IMG/VR virus record: IMGVR_UViG_3300049211_000031
Coordinates: 64,946-128,945 of that record
Reading direction: 5' to 3' (one strand)
Length of the DNA: 64,000 nucleotides
From: a virus
Taxonomy: Duplodnaviria; Heunggongvirae; Uroviricota; Caudoviricetes
The notes under the pieces: generated by a model
Seen by the model: the letters and a program-made list of their open reading frames with translations, nothing else
The model's database searches: none
What the model was told of the DNA's origin: nothing
Translations under genes and position numbers: made by a program
Part shown: positions 57,438-64,000 of the stretch, piece after piece
Layout: every line of letters begins with the position of its first letter
Position numbering within the stretch: position 1 is the stretch's first letter

Positions 57438-57606
57438 ATATTGGTTGATGCCAATGACAATACTTACTGTCCTTTGGAATCATTCTGCACGAATCACCGT
57501 TTTTCTTAACTCCTAAACAATGCCCTTTAGGCAACGGCTTCTTATCCTGAAACGCCATAGCGATCAGTGATAAGAACACCACACTGAGAAACAGTAGATT
57601 TTTCAT
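57370..57606 (-). CDS. Secreted Cys-rich small protein
   Basis: Signal peptide MKNLLFLSVVFLSLIAMAF followed by 8 Cys / 4 His (zinc-binding-like). Confidence 0.45.
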   Translation of the reverse strand: MKNLLFLSVVFLSLIAMAFQDKKPLPKGHCLGVKKNGDSCRMIPKDSKYCHWHQPICAKEGCRNPVDNKGDFCICHLK

Positions 57607-57878
57607 TGTTAATAAATTTTGTGTTTGAGCGCCTAATCTGTTAATTGGCCTAAACCTAATAACTTGAAGATGTCATGGACTCGGATTTCTCCTACCAATT
57701 TCATTTAAGATGGGATTTGCACCCAAGCACTCTTCTTGTTATTAGACCTATGAAGTAATTGCGAATTAACTCCATATGCACACAAGTGTAAACCAAAATC
57801 TTATATGACACATGTAAGAGCTTCATGACCACCTAAATTTGGAAAATCTAGCAATCCACTCTTACATACGTCATATAA

Positions 57879-58154
57879 TTAGAAATCTTCGTACACAATA
57901 TCCTCTGTGTTAGGATATTCTACTTGCCCTTCTTCATCTGGTATTTCGTGTAATGCAGGCTTCATTGAAGGTTCTGCAGTGAGCTTGTAGTCGAATAGGG
58001 TTGAATTCTCATGAAGTTCATTTGCATAAATGAATTCACGAGTTCTTGTTAAAGCTTGCGCTTTTGTCTTCGTTTTTACACCGAACGAAATGGTCTCCTC
58101 ATTTGTAGGGTCATTACTTTTGTAAATGACCACATACCTTGTTTTCGTTGTCAT
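57879..58154 (-). CDS. Hypothetical protein
   Basis: 91-aa ORF. Confidence 0.4.
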   Translation of the reverse strand: MTTKTRYVVIYKSNDPTNEETISFGVKTKTKAQALTRTREFIYANELHENSTLFDYKLTAEPSMKPALHEIPDEEGQVEYPNTEDIVYEDF

Positions 58155-58272
58155 AATCTAATAATTAAAGAATAGTGGATGCCTAATTCTGAGGTAAGCA
58201 CAGGTCTTTTTCTCAAACTCCTAAGAAAGGCACCCACCATAGACTTATGAGCAACTACTATCAGCTGCTCAA

Positions 58273-58971
58273 TTACTTACCAATTCCTTCCCATATAGGA
58301 ATGGAATATTTCTTTGTTTTTTTATCACATTTAAAATTCATTAATTCACTTATCTTTCCTTCCTTCTCTTTTTGAATTACAAAGCGATCAATTACTGTTG
58401 GATCATCAATTTCAAAGGATATTGTTACATCACCTGTCTTCTCATCATATTTAGTACTGTATGCAATATACTTAATAGGAAGTATTTGCATAGTAATATT
58501 AATAATGAGTGTACTGGAATTGGGACAATCATTACCAATATGTTGACCTTGTACCTTAATTTTACCAATCTTTGCATCACCAATAAGTTCAAATGTTTTT
58601 ACCTCATTAGCTAGCAATAGATTGTTATTAGGGCTTATTTCATCAATCGTAAGACCATCCCATCCCCAGTTTAGGGTCATATCACAGGATATTTTACTGG
58701 TTACTCTCACCATGTAGTGAGCATGACCATTAATATTGCTAAAGGACATAAGCTCTGCTTTGAGCTTATCATCCTCAGCTATTACAAGACCAACTGTCTC
58801 TGTCCTTGCATACATCCATGGAGTTCCAGTGGTATCAGTGCTTATTGCGAGCACATTATAATACGCTTTTTGATGTTCCTGCTTAACAGATTCATTTGAT
58901 TTTGTACATGCTACTGTGAGCATAATAATACTGAATACGGACGCTAATAAATAGCTTAAAATAGACTTCAT
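58273..58971 (-). CDS. Lipoprotein
   Basis: Signal peptide plus lipobox 'LTVAC'. Confidence 0.5.
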   Translation of the reverse strand: MKSILSYLLASVFSIIMLTVACTKSNESVKQEHQKAYYNVLAISTDTTGTPWMYARTETVGLVIAEDDKLKAELMSFSNINGHAHYMVRVTSKISCDMTLNWGWDGLTIDEISPNNNLLLANEVKTFELIGDAKIGKIKVQGQHIGNDCPNSSTLIINITMQILPIKYIAYSTKYDEKTGDVTISFEIDDPTVIDRFVIQKEKEGKISELMNFKCDKKTKKYSIPIWEGIGK

Positions 58972-59191
58972 ACGATTTAGTTAGAGATAATTAAAGCAAT
59001 GTAATGCAGAATACCTGCTGCAATCAGGACATAAGCGATAGTGTTATTCGTTGGGATATTGTTTTCCATTATTTCTCTTTCTTATTAGGTAGAGAATAAC
59101 AGCTATAATAGTAGCTGCAATAAGGAAATAAATTGATACTGAGAGATTTCCACTCTCTACATCAGTAATCATTGATTAATGGATTTAAGTG

Positions 59192-59641
59192 CTACAACTG
59201 GAAAAAGTCATATACACTATATTGCGACTCATCTACTGTTTGGCCTCCATCTATAGAATAGAATCTGGTCTTACGAGGCAACAATATATATTTATCATAC
59301 AAACTATTTCCGGGAGGTATATCAATATCCCATAAATAGGTGACAGTTTGCCACTGCCAGGTATTAAACCCTACTTTTACATACCATTCAGCATTAACGC
59401 TCATTCGAGACCTCCAAGTATGGTTGGGATCTGATTCAGTGAGAGATGTTCTCACTATTACATTATAATCATCTACAATTGTAATAGTGGCCCAATAGAC
59501 TTCCGGTGTAAATAATTTTTTTTCCAGCGGTCTGTCCCATGGTGCATGAGAAACAAAATTCTTTGTTTTAATGTCCCATGGATTGGCAAACATTGTAAAT
59601 GTGCTCATTAAGATTGTGAGCAACAGCAGGCATTTCTTCAT
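59192..59641 (-). CDS. Secreted hypothetical protein
   Basis: Signal peptide MKKCLLLLTILMSTFTMFA. Confidence 0.5.
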   Translation of the reverse strand: MKKCLLLLTILMSTFTMFANPWDIKTKNFVSHAPWDRPLEKKLFTPEVYWATITIVDDYNVIVRTSLTESDPNHTWRSRMSVNAEWYVKVGFNTWQWQTVTYLWDIDIPPGNSLYDKYILLPRKTRFYSIDGGQTVDESQYSVYDFFQL

Positions 59642-59886
59642 AATTTAGTTAGTTTTAGGTGTTTCTGTTTCGACCCTCAGTTAGGTCAATAAATAATACC
59701 ATAGCGCCTCCACTAATAGTTCCAGAGAGCGTGACCTTTACTGAATGACCGTGAGGTGGACTATCACGTTGCCATTTTCACTATGGTACTATTTATCTTT
59801 TCATCAGGTAGAACAACAGTCCTACGACAGAGGAATCTATAGAAATAGATTCCGTTACGTTACCCTCTAAAATGCCCCGTAGTATG

Positions 59887-60129
59887 TCAATTCGAGAAAT
59901 GGGGCAGAAAAGAAGACTCTTCAAAATTATAAGTTGGTTGGATTTTACAAGATAGTACTATATCCTCTTTAATCTCCTCAGATTTAAGAGTCAGATTTGT
60001 GTAATTAATGAACTTGTTAGTTCCTTTCTCAATATCTTCCTTAGTAAGTTTAATTTGTTCCTTTTCTTGCGAAATCCTCATGAGAGCCTCTCTTAAAATA
60101 GTGATTTTTTCGCTTTTCCTGTCTAGCAT
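59887..60129 (-). CDS. Hypothetical protein
   Basis: 80-aa ORF. Confidence 0.4.
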   Translation of the reverse strand: MLDRKSEKITILREALMRISQEKEQIKLTKEDIEKGTNKFINYTNLTLKSEEIKEDIVLSCKIQPTYNFEESSFLPHFSN

Positions 60130-60657
60130 TGGTATAGTGATTTAAATAGATAGGTCAAAAATGTTTCCTTCCACATTCTGTTAGTAGGGAATGGGCAGTC
60201 CATCTCCTAAACTATTATTCTCTACTAACAGCTCACCCTTAGGAACTAATTAATACTGGTGCCTATTTCTCTCCAGCTACTCCTCCGCCTTTGTGAGGTT
60301 ATCTTTATTAATTAGGTAGTTTCACATCTTATTAAATCGTAGATTACACTCCGCTGGTGATACACTAGTTTAATAAGAAGTCTTTATATCTACGTGAGAA
60401 TGATGTATTAAAACTAGGAGAGAATAGACATTCTCTCCGCAAGTACCCTGATATGGTCGGGAAAGTCCCAGACCGTTTGCAACCGGATATTTAATAACCC
60501 GAAAAGACATGATGACAATACACTGTACCCCTCACTGGAGTTTGCAATACAGTGAAAGAACGAAATATATTATCACCAATAACTTTAGGCAAATAAAATG
60601 AAGTTGAGGTGTAGAAACACCCCAACTCTAACGATTGCTTGCCATATGAAAAAAGCC

Positions 60658-61044
60658 TTAGTTACCACGTTTCTCAACGTAAATAACAACCATATTTATT
60701 TTCTGGTAATCAATAAAAGCAGTATCACCAGGACGATAGTCTCTGGTTACAACTCTTCTGATAGTATCGGAGGATAATTTTCCATTGGGGAGAACTTGTC
60801 TTCCTCCAATTACGTATATATCCTGGTCATGGACTCTTTGATAAGTACCATCCGAACGTACTAGCCATGAACTATCCTTGGAAGGTGACAGTTCACGAAC
60901 TACCTGATCCTTTTTAACTTCTACCTGTAATTCACTGGTTCTAGTCTTACAGGATAGAATGAATAGAGTGATTACATAAAGCAATTTCACCTTCATAGAT
61001 AGTAATTTAATAGTTAATAGTGTTTTTTGGATAGAGATTAACAC
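60658..61044 (-). CDS. Secreted / lipoprotein-like hypothetical protein
   Basis: N-terminal hydrophobic signal plus 'ILSC' lipobox-like sequence. Confidence 0.45.
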   Translation of the reverse strand: MLISIQKTLLTIKLLSMKVKLLYVITLFILSCKTRTSELQVEVKKDQVVRELSPSKDSSWLVRSDGTYQRVHDQDIYVIGGRQVLPNGKLSSDTIRRVVTRDYRPGDTAFIDYQKINMVVIYVEKRGN

Positions 61045-61050
61045 AGGGCT

Positions 61051-61344
61051 CTAATAGTAGAGAGCAATGTAAGGCGTGCCATCAGTCTTCACCCTTGCAT
61101 TCATAGCCTGAATACCGAGATCAACCAGGTCAGAAATTACTACAGCGTTCACCATTTGTAACTGATTAATGCATAGGTGGCCATCCATGTCAGTGTATTT
61201 GACATGATAGCTTTCAAGATGTTCAATGATTTCCTGCTTTCTTGACTTAATGGCCTCCTGCGTAATTTCGGTGGTCATTTCTGAAATGGCACGTTTGGTA
61301 TACTTACGTTTACCTGTCTTTTTGTTTGGAATACCTTTAGGCAT
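61051..61344 (-). CDS. Hypothetical protein
   Basis: 97-aa ORF. Confidence 0.45.
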   Translation of the reverse strand: MPKGIPNKKTGKRKYTKRAISEMTTEITQEAIKSRKQEIIEHLESYHVKYTDMDGHLCINQLQMVNAVVISDLVDLGIQAMNARVKTDGTPYIALYY

Positions 61345-61370
61345 AGAGATGTATATTGTTTGGTGAATAA

Positions 61371-61553
61371 TTATGCTTCAATAATAATTCTCCCATCAGT
61401 GCTGGCACATATAGTTTTAATACCAACATAGAGGAGATCAGTAATAATGTTAAAACTTAATGAGTTAGTAATTAGTACAATAGATTTACTACCCTCCTCA
61501 TGTAATTCAACATTAACACCGTGCTTTGTTAATACATCAAATATTTCATCCAT
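61371..61553 (-). CDS. Hypothetical protein
   Basis: 60-aa ORF. Confidence 0.35.
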   Translation of the reverse strand: MDEIFDVLTKHGVNVELHEEGSKSIVLITNSLSFNIITDLLYVGIKTICASTDGRIIIEA

Positions 61554-61707
61554 GGACGGTTAATTTAAATGTGATAAAAAGAGGGAGATACAAGCTCGAC
61601 GGCTTTTTTTGATATTGTGGTTTCAAAGATGCAGTCAGATGTATCATCCCTCAGAGATTTAGCCTTAAAGACCTCTCATCCAATATCCTCTTAGCTAAAT
61701 CTATATT

Positions 61708-62106
61708 TTACATAGTAAAATCCATATTTTCACGCCCGATTAAATCAGGAGCTGATTCACTGTTTTGTTGATTGGTTTCGAAGGGTATAACTTTACCTTC
61801 CAAAGAAAGGGGAGCTTCACACCATATTTGGGCAATCTCCTGATCAGTCGGGGTAGGTATAGATATGATATCACTGAGAAACACAAATCTACTACCTGCC
61901 CCTTCCTCTTCAATCATATGGATAATATCCTTGGGAGAATACTTTCCACAATTACCAATGACCTGAACAACCTCATTTCCGTAAGTATTGATTGTCAGTT
62001 TGAACACTTCGGTAATCTCATCTTTTTCGTTAAGAATACAATAGAAACCTTCGCCTTTTTGAGCAATAAGATTGCTTATAAATAATGATGTATTCATAAA
62101 TGCCAT
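61708..62106 (-). CDS. Hypothetical protein
   Basis: 132-aa ORF. Confidence 0.45.
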   Translation of the reverse strand: MAFMNTSLFISNLIAQKGEGFYCILNEKDEITEVFKLTINTYGNEVVQVIGNCGKYSPKDIIHMIEEEGAGSRFVFLSDIISIPTPTDQEIAQIWCEAPLSLEGKVIPFETNQQNSESAPDLIGRENMDFTM

Positions 62107-62135
62107 AGTATTTAAGGTCTTAATAATATTGTTTA

Positions 62136-62336
62136 CTAATACTCGAGGATTATCTCCTGGTCTCCATCATTATTAATGGAAGTAAATGTAGTGACGCCAG
62201 CTCTTATTAACTTCATAAGAGGATCACTATGAATTGTGTCAGTTTGTAGGAGAAATGCTCTGTTAGCATCATCAGGAGCAGGAAATGCTGTAATACCATT
62301 ATCCCTTAATATTTCAGCAATTTTTTCTTTTTTCAT
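62136..62336 (-). CDS. Hypothetical protein
   Basis: 66-aa ORF. Confidence 0.4.
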   Translation of the reverse strand: MKKEKIAEILRDNGITAFPAPDDANRAFLLQTDTIHSDPLMKLIRAGVTTFTSINNDGDQEIILEY

Positions 62337-62406
62337 AATAGGTTGATTTAGAGGGTAATAGTCATACCCTCACATACTTCTATGATATTGGGTATAACTA
62401 AAGTAT

Positions 62407-62643
62407 TTAAATAACTCTGCGTGTAATGTGTTGATAATCATTAGGATTTACTTTCACCATGACATCTCCACAACACACAATATAGTGTGTACCTGCAAAT
62501 ACTTCCTTGAAATTTGTTGCCTGTATTAGATTATTAAGCTTGGCAAACTTAATACCTTCATAATATCCAAATGATGCCACCTGTGTATCAGTATCAACAT
62601 CATGTGTAATCTCTTTGGGTTCGATAGTTGTATCTACTAGCAT
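62407..62643 (-). CDS. Hypothetical protein
   Basis: 78-aa ORF. Confidence 0.4.
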   Translation of the reverse strand: MLVDTTIEPKEITHDVDTDTQVASFGYYEGIKFAKLNNLIQATNFKEVFAGTHYIVCCGDVMVKVNPNDYQHITRRVI

Positions 62644-62690
62644 AGTAATTTAGTCTGTATCGTAGACAATACGCTTTAGTTAATAATATA

Positions 62691-62909
62691 TTACAAGTCC
62701 TCGCCCATTAACTCTTCATAGGCAAATGACTTAATTTCTACTAATTTATTATCTAATTCCTCATTAGATATAGTCTCACCATTACGTATTCTTGTAAGGA
62801 GTTCCTCACAAATATCTATTATACTGTTCATAAATATAATTTTTGTCCACTCTGCATTTATTAGGACTTGTGACCTATATTGTAAGTAAAATATGTGGTT
62901 GCTGCCCAT
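62691..62909 (-). CDS. Hypothetical protein
   Basis: 72-aa ORF. Confidence 0.4.
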   Translation of the reverse strand: MGSNHIFYLQYRSQVLINAEWTKIIFMNSIIDICEELLTRIRNGETISNEELDNKLVEIKSFAYEELMGEDL

Positions 62910-62985
62910 CCAGCTCCTTCCACATATTTACTATGCAATAGTTGCATTAAACAAAACACTCATTACTAGAGTGTTTAATGATTTA

Positions 62986-63108
62986 TTATTTGTGCCCAAA
63001 TCCAATCATTCCTCTTGTACCATAACATCCTGATTTGGGACCAGCGCATGAAATAGCACAAATAGCAATAGTAACACACATAATAACTGCGATAATTTTC
63101 TTGTTCAT
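62986..63108 (-). CDS. Tiny lipoprotein-like peptide (40 aa)
   Basis: Not in the ORF track. MNKKIIAVIMCVTIAICAISCAGPKSGCYGTRGMIGFGHK: signal peptide plus a Cys lipobox-like sequence. Confidence 0.3.
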   Translation of the reverse strand: MNKKIIAVIMCVTIAICAISCAGPKSGCYGTRGMIGFGHK

Positions 63109-63407
63109 AAAGAATACGATTTATTTGTTTAGATATTTACCAACAATGTATATGATGGCAAAGATGATGAGAAAAATACTAAGTACTAGCATAAGTTATT
63201 GAGTATTAATGGATTAAAGAGATGATATGCCTCAATAGCTGTAGAAACAGACTCCTTTTGCATATCATCATCTTGAATGTATCTCCCGATTAATAAAATA
63301 AGGACTGAGATGAACAATTCAGGATGCTATACTGCCAGCATTCAATGCGAGCTGATGTTAGTTTTATTCCCCTAAAATGTTATCCATAAACCGTCCAAGT
63401 TTATATT

Positions 63408-63665
63408 TTAATCTTCTAATAATACAACTTGCATTGTATTAGAAGATGTATCATCAATTTGGTGTGTAGCAAGATTTAACCACACTGTATCGTTTGGATG
63501 ATATATTTCTTTCTTCCTGTCATCAAGCGTACAATACGTAACTGTGCCATTTTCAAGCACTTTAGCCCTTACGTTTTTAATGAGACCAAATCCTTGATTG
63601 TAAACCTCATCATTACAGGCTACTAATGAAATGAGCGCTATAAAAATAAAGAATAACTTCTTCAT
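63408..63665 (-). CDS. Small lipoprotein
   Basis: Signal peptide plus lipobox 'LVAC'. Confidence 0.5.
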   Translation of the reverse strand: MKKLFFIFIALISLVACNDEVYNQGFGLIKNVRAKVLENGTVTYCTLDDRKKEIYHPNDTVWLNLATHQIDDTSSNTMQVVLLED

Positions 63666-64000
63666 AGTAAATAATTTATTAGGAATGATGACTTAAATAC
63701 TCTAATTATGAACAAATTCAATTTTACTGATATCATTAATGCTATATAAGAGCTCGGAATCAATAATAATAGTGTTTGCCTCATTATTAATTTCAAACTT
63801 TCCAGCAGGAATAATTGTTTCTGTAATAAGTGTTATGTATATCTTAGTCATAAATGCTGTATTTAGGGAGAGCTAAATTAATAGCTCTCGGAATGAGAAT
63901 ATTTATATTCAAGACTATCTAAATATCCTTTTATTGGTTCCATAAGTAATTATTTACAAAATGAGGATAATATTAGACTCCCTGATTTGGGCCATATATC

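Noticed and set aside
59650-59900. Possible tRNA gene in the 245-nt spacer
   Set aside because: No acceptor/T-arm pairing and no GTTCRANYC T-loop were found on either strand. There is only a 6-bp TGCCCC/GGGGCA hairpin with a 22-nt loop at the 3' end of gene 59887–60129.
63112-63183. 23-aa hydrophobic peptide ORF (MLVLSIFLIIFAIIYIVGKYLNK) adjacent to the tiny lipoprotein ORF
   Set aside because: Too short to support without expression data; it could be a chance ORF in AT-rich DNA.
1-64000. CRISPR arrays, rRNA, integrase / attachment sites, inteins or introns in nrdJ and the polymerase
   Set aside because: No direct-repeat/spacer periodicity and no rRNA-like segments were found. nrdJ and polB reading frames are continuous with no intein blocks. 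No tyrosine or serine recombinase motifs were seen.

Overview
Dense, low-GC (~35%) double-stranded DNA phage region. The window opens inside a large tail-fibre / depolymerase gene on the + strand (3–4076). After a bidirectional terminator at 4832–4865, almost everything is one long leftward (minus-strand) gene array with ATGA / TAATG overlaps. There are no Shine-Dalgarno sequences, and promoters of the form TTTG-N19-21-TAnnTTTG occur, which together point to a Bacteroidota host. Recognisable content falls into five groups. (1) Nucleotide metabolism and repair: RecA, a ThyX-like enzyme with an atypical active-site motif, dUTPase, a MazG-like pyrophosphohydrolase, class II ribonucleotide reductase with a C-terminal zinc ribbon, a family-1 uracil-DNA glycosylase, and a dNTP-pyrophosphohydrolase fused to a 5'-deoxynucleotidase. 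(2) An RNA/tRNA repair module: DraRnl/Rnl2-like RNA ligase, a T4-Pnk-like 5'-kinase, a calcineurin-type phosphoesterase, a class II CCA-adding enzyme, and one extra Pol-beta-fold nucleotidyltransferase. (3) A replication module: Toprim primase, DnaB-like helicase, SF2 helicase, Sak4-like ATPase, family B DNA polymerase, and a histone H1-like protein. (4) The most unusual feature, an apparent peptide / small-molecule ligation cassette: two glutamine-synthetase-like amidoligases, a class II glutamine amidotransferase with a Thr-rich linker and a long acidic tail, an ATP-grasp ligase, and two GGCT/AIG2 gamma-glutamyl cyclotransferases. A GIY-YIG homing endonuclease interrupts the cassette. (5) Free-standing HNH / AP2 / GIY-YIG homing endonucleases, a candidate lysis cassette, and at the right end a run of small secreted or lipoprotein genes separated by unusually long non-coding stretches. 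No rRNA, tRNA or CRISPR was found.
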